Positions 27,651 through 40,400 of a stretch of DNA of 64,000 bases are shown here, piece by piece; within the stretch, counting starts at the first letter, position 1, and each line of letters opens with the position of its first letter. The position numbers and the translations under genes are program-made. The stretch is from Trichoplax adhaerens (taxonomy: Eukaryota > Animalia > Placozoa), in the NCBI RefSeq assembly GCF_000150275.1, contig NW_002060948.1, positions 3,609,183 through 3,673,182 on the forward strand. Direction: 5' to 3'. The notes below the pieces were generated by a model. That model had not been told where the DNA came from. It did not search any database and saw only the letters and a list, made by a program, of their open reading frames with translations.

Positions 27651-30600
27651 TCATTCTTTAATTTGCAATAGTGATGATTTCCAAGCAAAACAGTGACTGA
27701 AGCCACAGGATACTTGATTAATATCCTCATCCATTAAAGTATCGACTTGAATTACGTCTGTTGAAGACTTGAGGGTTTTAACTCCTAGTTGTCCGGCGTC
27801 ATTATTTCCCCAGGCATAAATTTCACCATAAATAGTACATGCTAACCAGTGTAAACTACCAGCTGCAATCGCAATTACTCTTTTATCTTTAAGTACATCC
27901 ACTATTTTAGGTCTTTCAACAGAGCCTACGATGCCGTGTTGCGAGTGATAATGACTACCATGGCCCCTAATCGATAAATTATAATTATTCAATTTATACT
28001 CACAATATAAGTCTTAAGTTACTTTATTTGTAAGCCTACGGTATTCTATATAAAACTGAATATCGCACTTTATGTATATTTGATAATTAAAGTTTTACTC
28101 TTCGTAAATCATTAGTTATTTCTAATCATTTATCCAAAATTGAGGGCAAATAAAATACAAAAAAGACGGTCACAATCATCAAGTATTGCATAAGTCCTTA
28201 GTAGATTATTCCACTTTCTCTAAATTACCATGAATACAAAGAACCACTCGTAGTCAAAGCCAATGTGAACGCACTACCGCAGATAACTCTATGGACACTT
28301 TTATTTAGCAGTCCATCTATGACCCCTGGCAACGTGCAAGGCTTGGTACTATTAATAATTCTCCCTAATTTACCACCAGCGGGATCACCCCATGACCAAA
28401 CTTTATCATCACTTGTAACGGCAACAGTCTATAATATACGTAAATCAACGCAAATCTACAGTCACACATACGTATACATAAAAATAGCTTTTACTGCAGT
28501 ACATTGCTAATTGTTGTGTTTACGCTATGTCTTTGATTTGTAATGTTTTCATTAGAGGTTTTAAAGTTTTTTAATTTTACTTACATCGATCAGAATATCT
28601 ATCATCAAGTAAATTGTTTTAACTATTTTGATCGATCTTGAACAATAAAAACAGTTTAACCGTGCTCTTATATTGCATCTTTGTTATGTTAGAACTAGAT
28701 TAGCTATTATATACTCTGACTTAAAATTGATTTAAAGTTACGACCCATTCCTGTAAGGTTCAACGGCAAAAATGTCACGCTATACATCAATTATAATTGT
28801 GTTATAATTTTGGAGTAATGTAATTGTCTCAACTACCATTCTGTAACAGAGCAATCATACAATTAAGTAAATTAATACGTATAAGCTTGTGTCACCGTAG
28901 TCCTTTTTAATATATAAGTTATTGTAAATTAATTATGTTTGATCTTAAATAAGACAGAAAAATTGAAGGTAAAATTATAAAACTCACGTGATTTTGATTT
29001 GCAGAACCACAAGCGACGTCAATAACCACTTTATCCGCTAGTGCTTCAACTAAAGTTGGTTCCAAGCAAGTTTTACTATTGCCATGACCTAAGCAACCCA
29101 ATCCGCCATAACCCCATGTATACAATTTGCCCTGATTGGTTATAGCTGCTCGATGATCTCTACCACAACTAATATTAGTAAAAATTGCGTCTTTTACTGA
29201 TGTAATCTGCTGTGCCGGTGTTCTATACGTAGAAAATTGTTTAAAAATTCGCAGTTATGATGCATTTTTAAAAAACAATTCGATAGAATAATAACTAATT
29301 AATATTAAGATCGATAAATTTATTTATTTTTCCATTATTAACTTACTCTCCCCATGAGTATAACTCTCCTTTTATTGTGATTCCTAATGCAAAATGACCA
29401 TCAGGGTGAATATCAAGCTTAATTATTGTTAAATGTGATAACCCATTAATTAAGCGTGGCACGTGTAAGTTTTTACTATCATGTTCGTCTTCTTTAAGTT
29501 CCACTTGCCCAATTCCATAAACCTATAAATTAGTAGTTTATTATAAATAAATTTATAATGATGGGTAGTTGAAGTAAGGTTAGGTTGATTTCAGTATAAT
29601 GCGCTACCTTGCCTTCTTGTGATAAGATATAAGTCTTATCATGGCCACCTTTAATCATAATTGGCCTAAGCTTGCTGATAGCCTTGCAGCGAGCTGGAGC
29701 TGGATATTCTATATTCTTTGACAATGGTATACCTAATTCTCCAGAATGATTGTTACCCCAAGCAAATACATCAACCATAACATGGGCAAAGTCTGATCTA
29801 TATTTGTTCGGATATTATAACTAGTTATTGTAATTGTAATATTTAGACTATTTTACTTATCATATGAGTATATGCGAAGTATTAAGCGATAGCATCAATC
29901 GGGTTATTCTTTCATACATCAATACTAATTATCTCTTCCGTCGTGGTACGATTACTATATAATTAATATATTTAGGACTGATCTAATAGGCACATCTTTA
30001 ATGGAGATAAATTGCATGATTGCGCGAGTAGCCATTTATTGTACTAATAAACATCTATGTTTATCAATAAAGTTGACCAATAAACCATTAGGAAACATTA
30101 AGAAGTGTGTAATCAGTTATAATTAGCGAAAGATTAAAGATAAAATTCTCGTTTATATTCATTTCTGATGATGTATAAGGGTATAATATGAACAAATAAG
30201 TTAATAATTAAAGATTATCGTCAAAAGTGAGGATAAATTCTTATTATATGCCTTTTTGCAACGTGCAAAAGGTATATTTTAAAAGTAAAATCACTTATTT
30301 TATCATTACAGTATACTGTTATCACTAGGAGATTAGACGAATTATTCTCATAGGTAAAGATAACGTGTCAATTATTGCGATGGAAAATGGTCATGATTAT
30401 TCATCTTTTATAATTATAATTACTGCAATGTTGAAGAAGTGTTCTACATGGGTGAAAAATATTAGTGTTCGATATATATATATTTAACAGTACAGTACCA
30501 GTTTGAATTGATAGTAAACAACTAGAAGATATCTGATCAAATTTGATGACCCAAATTTATTGCCATCATTCATAAACCGTACAGTACTCATGATGAAAGC

Positions 30601-31464
30601 TGCAGAAAGTTTCCTCTTTGGTGTAAAAGGTAAGGGTAAACTATTATATTGATTAACTGGTTGGAATGGTAATGGATAGAAGAATTATATACAGTACAAA
30701 TTACACAATACTCAGTCAGCCAGAAATAATGTTTGTAGTTAATTCGCAAAGATTCGTAGAACAATAAAGAAATCAACCTTAAAAGTAAGAAAGGACTATG
30801 ATATGATATGGCTTTATGTTTAAAGTACTGATTTTAATTACCGATTCCTATACGATTTTCTCCTATACCCTACGATAAAGAGCATCTTTTATATTTTCGA
30901 AATAGATAAAACTGATTGATAGTTATAACTCGAGGAGTAATAATTTGTTTCGATAGGTTATGGTTGACATTGAGAGATTAACGAATAAAAGTAATTTCTA
31001 TGGGCTGATAGATAATAATGCTGATAAGTTATTTTTAATAAATTGTATAATGCTTACTCTGTATCTTCTAAAATGATTCCATTATTTGGAGGACTAGCCG
31101 CAATAACTTGATTCTTTTCATTGATTTCAGTAACTTGATTCTCTTCATTAATTTCAATATCTTGGCACTTATTTTCAGCTTCTTTGCGTAATGTTTGACC
31201 CAATGAGACTAAAATTTCTGTATCGCTTAATTCTAAAACTTTGCAAAATCTATAAAACTCTTCATTGCTTTTCTGTTGTAAAATTTGTAAAAATCTGATA
31301 TTTCTACGTTTCAGATTTCTTTCACGCCTAATCTGTCGCTGATCTATACCTTGCAAGACTTTCTCATTGAGCAGCTTATCTAATAAAGAGGTAATGGATA
31401 AATTTTTAATTAAACTTTCATAACTGTCTTCGATAGCTTCTCTTTCGTGATTGCCAATTGTCAT
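27651..31464 (-). CDS. CARD (death-fold) + RCC1-like repeat (RLD) protein, paralog B, 6 exons
   Basis: Exons 31464-31058, 29797-29608, 29522-29347, 29222-28988, 28428-28229, 27966-27651 (phases 2,0,2,0,2). Exon 1 is CARD-like (LLDKLLNEKVLQGIDQRQIR...FLQILQQKSNEEFYRFCKVLE). RCC1 blades: VFAWGNNHSGELG, HPDGHFALGITIKGELYSWG, GKLYTWGYGGLGCLGHG, GEIYAWGNNDAGQLG, VSCGFSHCFAW. Confidence 0.85.
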
Positions 31465-34339
31465 GATTCATGTCTTGATGTGTCGGACGGAAAGTTTTGA
31501 AAAATATTTAGTTGAATGAAATAAATAAATGACTTTGGTTGCGATCGGAAGCCGAGAACGTTTGCATGTAACACTATGAGACCAAAAGCTCCATGCGGTG
31601 TGAAAGACTTTCAAAAAATTGCTAGTATTTCAAATATTGAATCTATTTTTCTGAGTAAGGTGATTCTTTATGTTCTCTAATCTAGGATTACTATAAAAAT
31701 TAGTTTGAGTGGGTGTACCAAACGATCGTCGGAGAAAATGCTAATGATGCCGTTCCAATAGACTTTAATTAGACTTATCCAGAATAAAATAATAGCTAGT
31801 ATGAATCAGTTAACATGATTAATTGGCATTAATGCAAACACTGAAAGTCCAGAATAGCAATCTTGATGGATATAGAATGACTGGTGCAGTCGCTGAATCC
31901 GAACTAATGCGCCATGTAGGCGTAACCTATGAAATATCTGGTAAATATTTCATTAGCTATCATCGTAATTCAATAGCACGATTAAACTAATATTAATTAG
32001 GGTATTGTTCAGGAAATAATTATTATTAAGTCCGACATTAAATTAACATGACATAGTTGATATGTGGAGACAGTTTTAGATATTTCAACATAACATCGGG
32101 ACATATAGTATAATTAAGTTTCAGAAGATTGAAAGAAAATAGACGAGCTTTAAAATCAGATTATTCATTTTTTTAGACTATAGACCAAATGATGATTGAT
32201 AACGGTGATATATTTGATAGTGTGTAAAATTTGGAAGAGTGTACTATAACGAGTCTGCTGCCGTGTATAGATTATAGACATCGAGACAAGTTATCTATCA
32301 TAATGATCAGTATTCATAATATTAGGATAATAATATGAAGATGTGTCCATATTACATAAATTCGATTTATTTTAACTGTATATGGGTAAGTTCATAGGTA
32401 CTTTTTATCTTCATCTTATTTTAATGTAGAAATCATATTCCTACAGTAAGGAAAGCCACTATGCTTCTATCATGAGTTGAATAGTAAACATCTGGAAAAA
32501 AAGGAATGAACGGGAAGTGACGATTAGAATAGTTCGAGCGTGAGAAGAGTAACAACAGACTACGTTATTTCCATTATTTACAATAAATAACAGTCAATAA
32601 GAGAACGGCTTAATGCATTGATTATAATTATTATTAGAGCTAAATCGAGTAGAAAAATGTTGGATGGCTATAAACGATATAGTAGGTTACTGCGCTCAAT
32701 ATCAGTCATTTTATTCGAATTATTGCACTTGGGTTCATAAGCCTTCATAGTTTTAAATAGAGAAGTACTGTACATTTTTCAACGTTATCATCATAATTGT
32801 TATTTGAATTGCTGATTATATTTACTTATAAACTCAAGTTATATCATTACGGCAAAATTTTCGCCCTATTAAATAATTGTCACGGTACGAACTACCGTAA
32901 AGAAATAGCTATCTGAATTAGGTGAATATAATATAGTGATAATATATTACAACTAGTTACTTACAATAGGAATTACTCTAATTATAAATGTGTTACAGTA
33001 AATTTAATGTTGTGCTGTAACGTGCACTGAAATGATCTGTGAATGGACATGTTGTAGTCCGACTGTGAAAAATTAGTTAGTAGATGTTCTCACCTAAGTA
33101 TTTTTATAAGATGACTCATGAATGTTAGCTGCTGTAGATGGGTATATAAGCCCGTCAGATAGTTGAATAAAAGTAGTTCTCAATTGTCTAGTTGAGTTTA
33201 ACGTAGAATCAAAGGCGTCTAAATTCTTGTGAGGTAGTTAAGGGATACAGAATCCCGGAGATTATAGTAATTGAGAGATTTATTTTACGTTATCCTTGTC
33301 ACGAAGCTGGTTTGTGACAATAATCGTAATGGACAATCAATTTAATGGTATTATCCAGAAAGAACGAGGTTCCGACTGAATTTTATTGCTTTATTTGAAT
33401 ATTATATCATTCATGATAAGAATGAAGAATTTGATCCATACTTTCATGTTATCTAAATAGTCCTACTGCTTGCTGATGCAAATGTGCAGAGTCAATAAGT
33501 GAGGCTACTACTCTAGTCCTCTACCGTGTTGAAATCATAACAAGATTTCCATTCTTCAAAATTTATAACGGGAACATAGCACTAAATGAAATTCTTTGGA
33601 ACCATTACACGAGCCCGTATATTAATTATAAGGTTATATTTGTTAGTAGGAATTTCGAATAAGCAAATATCTTTTATTTGTTTAGTTACCATTTGAAATC
33701 ATGATGTATGAACTGTGATATATTATTTCAGTCAGCGAAATGACAGGACGTTAAGCTAGCTATTTATTCATTTCTTCGAATAATCTTTCCGACACAAGAA
33801 TTTGTGCAATGAGGAGTGCAAGAAGGCTAACGAAGATGATATCATGTACTAATCCATCAGACTGTTGTTATTTTTTGCAAATGAAGCATTGGCGATTATG
33901 TCAACACGTTACTTTATTAACTCAATTTGACAGTAGTACTTGGTGTATGTATTATGGTTAAAACTTGAATTTGGCCAATGCTAGGGTTGACTCAATGACC
34001 ATATTGAGGGTTCAATAGTCCCCATAACATTGGCCTTACTACGCTAAAGCACAGTACCGTATGAATATCATTAAATATAGTAGTAAAATAGGACGCAATC
34101 GCGAATTTTTCCAAACTGTATGGAAGCACCATCAAGTCTCCATTCTCTTTTGGTGATCAACAAGCAAAATATCAACATGCTCCAAATTTTACCCTGTCAG
34201 ATCAAAATTTTTTGCTGACATGGCAAGATGATGAACCAGGTGTCAAAAGCGGAAGTTGGATAAAGCAATCTCCGAGTAGCTCGCTAAATAAAATGCGTAT
34301 GAAAAGTAGTATTGTAGAAGCATAGTTGTGAATATACTG

Positions 34340-34459
34340 TACTGTAGTAGTGCCCGGCTATTACCGGGATATACTGTATACAGTATAATGTCTGTTAATT
34401 ATTAACAAATGGGCACATTATCGTAAACCGTCAGCAAAGCGACGCGAGTTTGTACTAGT
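34340..34459 (-). mobile_element. Putative ~120-bp non-autonomous element remnant (Helentron/HINE-like or MITE-like), palindrome rich
   Basis: Hairpin cccgg-ctatta-ccggg (34353-34368), palindrome tatactgtatacagtata (34370-34387), near-palindrome tgttaattattaaca, a ccgtc...gacg stem and an ACTAGT end. The last 53 bp recur inverted at 42217-42269. Confidence 0.4.
34407..34459 (+). repeat. Left arm of 53-bp inverted repeat (partner 42217-42269)
   Basis: aaatgggcacattatcgtaaaccgtcagcaaagcgacgcgagtttgtactagt; its reverse complement matches 42217-42269 at 49 of 53 positions. Confidence 0.9.
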
Positions 34460-34924
34460 CTATACTAATTTGTCCAAAATGGTTTAGGGCTACTGTACAT
34501 TCTATGATTCTACTATCAACAAGTCCTAAGTAGAGTGTACTTGATCTTGGAGAGGAAGGGTACAATATATAAATTAGTACTGGACTGCAGACCAACTGCA
34601 GGGTTTTAGCCAACGATTGCAAGTAAAAGTCAGCCATCACCTTTTGAAATACTGATCCAACGCCATTTTTAGAAATGACCCCAAAATGAAGTTGGATCAG
34701 TCATTTCAAAGAGGACTGGACTACTTTTAGTCACTAGAACTTTAATATCAAGAGACCGCCACAAATGGTCACTCAAGCTTGAATAGTAGTCTACAACCAA
34801 TGCAAGTATGGATTGGATCGTCTACATATCGAATTCTAATGTAGTTGTCCATCGCTGGCTGTAATCCGTTCCATTTCGATTTTGGATCGGTGTCTTTTTG
34901 AGCAGTGACGATCTTGTAGGCAGA

Positions 34925-35196
34925 CCATACAGTACACTACAGTATGCTGTGGAGAAAGAGTCTCTCTGTCCAGCTTGTCTGAGGTCATTGTAAAATGTAC
35001 AGTACTGTACCGACTGTACTGTGGAGAAAGAGTCTGTCTCTCTGTCTAGCTTGTCTGAGGTCATTGTAAAATGTAGAGTACTGTACTGTACAGTACATAG
35101 TTCCGTTAAGAATACTGTAGAGTGTACTGTAGAGTGGAGACTCTCCGTGGTCCCAGTGTCGTGGTAGACCGTCCCGGACCAGACCGTCCCGGACTA
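34925..35196. repeat. Two-copy ~75-bp direct repeat plus 15-bp tandem duplication
   Basis: 'ctgtggagaaagagtct...ctctgtc(c/t)agcttgtctgaggtcattgtaaaatgta' occurs at ~34946 and ~35018; 'agaccgtcccggac' occurs twice at ~35166-35195. Confidence 0.85.
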
Positions 35197-37465
35197 GATC
35201 ATGAGGATCGCTAGTGGTAAGGACAAGGGGAAAAAGAATAATAAAGGGAAAAAAGAAGAAGAATAATAGAGAAAATTAGAGTGCTATTCAACAGTTCATT
35301 GTAGTGGACGACCTTGCGTACGTAGGCATTTTGAACGCCCTTCTTTGGTGTTTACATTTTTGATCACCTTGCAAATTGGATAGCAATGATGGATTCTTGA
35401 AAGATTCAACACGCATGATTGCAAGCGATTATTGATGTACAGGGAAAGACTAAAGGAGAGCACGTATTATCCAAGTGGCAAGATTACTGACTGAATTGGT
35501 GTGGATAATTGATGATTTTCCTACTGGATGGCAAGCCATCGAACTTGATCTTGTTACCATTGTTGCAAAGCTTTCGGTTTATGGCAAGAGACTATACAGT
35601 AAGGTACAGTACGATCATCTTGCATGTTGGAAAAAGAAAATTTCTAAATGATCATGTCCAATGGATGTAACATAAGTCAGTCGTATGTCTACAACGTAGT
35701 ATTGAATCGTCTAGTTCACCTTGTTGATGCCATTTCTACATTTCTTGTCTGGAAATGGGTGTACATGGTCTTGGATGTCTTACTTGCTGATTGATCGTTG
35801 ATTATGGGTGAAGGGTAGTTTGAACAGGAGAGTTTTTTGGGACGAAAACCAACTGCAAATGACAATGTTGTTGTTTTGATCAGGCGCTGAGATCAAGATT
35901 GTAAATTCATACCGCCTTTTTCACGACTAATTTTATCATACAGTAAATGATAATACGGTAGATAGTTTCTTCATCCACTACTTCCTGGATTTTTCCACGC
36001 CTGGAAAAATTCATACTGATGTAGTCGATACGACTGAATAGAGTCGTTCACACGCAATCAATAGTGAACTCACAACATGAAATTTTACCACCCATTGGAT
36101 ACTAGCGTTGCGTACAATCATGTCAATTTATGATATCGGTAGCGGGATGGATAAATGTATTGCTTGTCTATCTAGCTATTAACCAGTCCACGAAGAATCC
36201 GAATAGACGTAGGCAATTGTTATGAGGTACACGCATTGATTGCGTTTACTATCTGTATACGACGAATACATATCCGCGCGGCACTGTAAAAAAGATCGTA
36301 TGGCGATGGAAAATGAATTAATTAATGAACCGCATCATGGTGTATAATATAGACAGTACGGATATAATTGTACTCTACAGTGTACAATATACACTATTAA
36401 TTCATTAATTATAGAATAAACTAGTAGAATATATATGCACTTTTCAAAATTGATATCACCCATCGCAGTTGAAGAGTAATGGAAGAGATCATGCCGTTGC
36501 AATTTCATTTTCTTGCCTACTACTGAAGAGAAGTGAAGCCTTTTCATACATTCTCCCTGCTATTTTCATGGACTCGTATAAGTTTTGAACTACACAAGTA
36601 GAGCATTCCTACGATATACCACGAGGCTGTTAGGAATTTCCTATGTTAAAGATTTACTACTAAGTTATTGGTAGTCCATACTGTGTTTGAACATTTGCCT
36701 ACTTCTGCGCTCAGGCTGCTAATGAGAGACCATTGAATACTTGTTTTACTTCACATTCAAACTGCAGTAACATTTTTGCTGACATTGATAGATGTTCAAT
36801 ATTTTGACTTATCAACCAACTAGCCCTTACTAGTTACAACTTTATTTGTATCCTATGGATATGGTATCGGTATAGCATCGTCCAATAGTTCTACAACTTC
36901 TACCCGTATCACTACTGCAGATCTTGATTTTTCGAATATACAGTAAATTGAAATACAGTACATCCATATCCAAGAATTGCTATATATGCGTAGTATATGT
37001 GCGTATACTCCAAGCCTATCGAGTATATTTTCGCAAAGCCTTTTCTGATAATACTGTCACAACTTATTAACAGAGTAAAAGTATTTGATATACTATGCTA
37101 CCTACGATCAACTACTGTACAACAACTTCACAGTATTGTCATACCGAGTATATATATACAGTATCTAACAGTAACGTGTTTATATCAACCTCCAGATATA
37201 TTGATGTACGTTAAAATGTGCCATAGCATATTGATGATTGATTACCTGAGTGTATTATAAGAAATTGAAATGGACAAATTGCCTTACTTAAATTAATAAA
37301 TTTATGTATTGTATTTTTATGACTACAGCTCTGTGGAAGCTTATGCTCCTGTAAATCAACTACGACGATATTTGAATCGCGATATTGGATCACGTTGAAA
37401 GGTTATTTCTACGTGATGTATATTTTTGTCCCTGCAATTCTACATACACGGTCAAGTTTGGGATA

Positions 37466-40400
37466 ATGCAATCTCGTAGTCAATCTGATAGTGCTAACGG
37501 AACAAATGCCAAGTTAGCTCACAAGGCCAATGTAACTGCTGCTTATGAAATCCAAAAAAATTTGAAATATGATTTCAAAGATTCGTCGTTGCTTCTTACT
37601 GCGCTTGGTAAAGACAACAAATTGGATACATCTATAGGATTGCCAGGTCGTTATGGAAATCAACAAATACTAGAGATGATCGGTGATGCCTGGTTGCGCT
37701 TTGTGGTTTTATATAAGCTATACGAAATGAAAGAACATACCGATGGATCTGCTAAATCGTTTAATGACGCTACTAAATGGTTGGTCTCTAATGATACTGT
37801 CTTACCGGAAATAGGTAAAAGATTAGGTTTAGAAAAATGTATTCGAAATATTACCGATAAAAAAAAATATTTGGCTAATTACACGGAAGCAATCCTCGGC
37901 GCTGCTGTTATTGACGATCGTAATTTACATCGATCCTTTCAAGTTGTCGACCGACTCTGGTCCCCATACATCAACACTTATAAGAACAACGATAATAATT
38001 GCGATGCAAGACCGCTCTTTGTTAGCCAAGAAATAACGAATCAAAATCAAGCTAATGATGAAAAAACTCATGGTAATGATTTTCATTTACCTGAGCTCAT
38101 TCCAAATGCCGACTACAATCAAACTGATCACGATTCACAATCAAGCAAGGAGAGCTTTGCAATAGGTAACGATGATAAAAAATGTCCATATACAGCCATG
38201 GTTAATCCCGACAACGTTACGGCTACAGTTAAACCGTCAACGGAAGCACATCATTCAAATGAAAGTAATCAATTTGATACGGCTGAGTCTAATACCGTTA
38301 TAAAAGTCAAGAAAGTTGCAATTAATACGACAGTTGATAGCCACGTTGACGGCCTATCTGTAGCTCAAAGCAAGTTAATTGTGCAGAAGGCATTTAGTAG
38401 TTTTTGCAATAGTTTGAGTGTATTCCAAAAGATGGTTTCACAACTCCCAGATATTAATTGTCGACACGGGAGTGCTGGCGATACAATATTAATGAAAATT
38501 GTTACGGCAAGTAAATTAAATAATTCTAAAAAACTGGAGAGGATACAATTTTTACTCGATCATGGTGCATCGTGGAACGTGAAAAATAACGAGGGTTTAG
38601 ACGCTCTCAGTATCTGTCAGAGCAAAAATCCTGATCTTATTCTGCAGTTAAAGCGAAAGGGATTGATTAGTAATGATGGACAAATAAATGATGCAGATAA
38701 GCTTAATGATAAAGAGCAAGATAACAAGATTATGCTCAATCGGCATATAGTTGATCCTGATGCTATTAAACATAGCAATCATGTCGCATCTAATGTAACA
38801 GTTAATAGCCACACTGAAGGAAAATCGACACCTCAAAGCGATTTAATGGAGCATAAAGCATTTAGCAGTTATTGTAGTAATTTTAATATGTTTAAAAATA
38901 TTATCACGCAAGTCTCAAATGTTAATTATCGACATGGTAAAGCTGGCGAAACTATATTGATGAAAATTATTACTACAAAAAATCTAGATAATTCTGATAA
39001 ACTGCAGAGGATACAGCTTTTACGCAATTGTGGTGCGTCGTGGAAATTGAAAAATTTTGAGGGATTAGACGCCCTCAGCATCTGTCAGAGAAAAAATCCT
39101 GATCTTATGTCGCTTTTAAAACTAAAAGGATTGATTGGTAATAACGTTCAAGAAGCTCCCACTGAAATCAATAAAAAAGAGGATGGTGTTGTCTCGCCAA
39201 CCTTCAATCGAAATCAAAAAAATAAAATATGTGAATTATCGGTGGTCAAAAATGACGATCGGGCTATCGATAAAGAGCAGGAAAACATCAATAATCTGTT
39301 TTCTAATCATTGCAATAGCTTCTCAAATCTCAAGATGGCAGTTAATCAGGTTAAAGATATTAATTGTAAAAAGAATGACGATGGAGGAGATAACATTTTG
39401 ATGACTATCCTGAAATGCACAAGGCTTGCTGATGAGAAAAAGATAGAAAGGATCAGATTTCTTCTATCTCGTGGTGCTTCCTGGAAAGCTACAAATAATT
39501 CTTCCGTGAATGCAGTGAATGTTGGTTTAAAATATTGTCCACAGTTAATGAATACGTTAATAGAGCAAGGACGAGTAGATCAACATGCGTTAAAGAAATG
39601 TAGCCGGCTATTACCTACAAGCTACTCAAATCAAAACACTGTTAAAGATACTAAATTGCCTAAAACTGCAATTGTAAATGATCATATTCAACTAGTCGAT
39701 CATGCTATTAACGACAACAATAAAGCCCTATTTCCAGAACTTTATCAAGATATTGATCAATTTAAAACTGCAGTCTTAAAATTACCAGATTTGAATTCCA
39801 CTTGGATTTCAGGTAATACTATATTAATGACAATATTACAAAGTCCCTTTTTAGATAGTCAAGAGAAAATAGAGAAGATAGAAATTCTTGTACAATTGGG
39901 AGCTTCTTGGTATGCCACTAATGAGCATGGCAAGAATGCTATCGATGTAGGTTTAAAAGCATGCCCAAAGATATTGGCTAAACTTATCAGAGCGGATTCT
40001 GTAAAACAAGATAATATCTTTCAATCGAAAGTTAAAGAAAGGGCAGAACTACTAACACGTACGGGAAAATTTCAAACAGAAAATGCTTTTGATATTAGTC
40101 AAAAGGACAATGTTGTAGAATTATCCTGTCGCAAAGATAATACAAACCGAAAACTGTTTACACATTATTGTAAAGGAATGGACCGGTTTAAGGAAATTAT
40201 AAAGGAATCTAGTAACTTAAATTGTAGAAATGATGGTAAAGTAGGTAACACTGTTCTTATACTAATACTGCTAAATGAAACGATGGACGACGGTGTGAAA
40301 GTGGACAGGATAAAATTACTTGTTTCATCCGGCGCGTCATGGTATACTGCCAATAATTGTGGAATGAATGCAATTGATATTGGTTTGCAATCGTGTCCCA

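Noticed and set aside
22659-29797. Calling the RCC1 genes HERC2 or RCC1 orthologs
   Set aside because: There is no HECT or other HERC domain, both end right after the propeller, and both start with a CARD-like exon.
37385-37465. TTG-initiated N-terminal extension of the 1441-aa ORF
   Set aside because: Eukaryotic context; the first ATG is at 37466 and the upstream sequence looks like UTR or intron.
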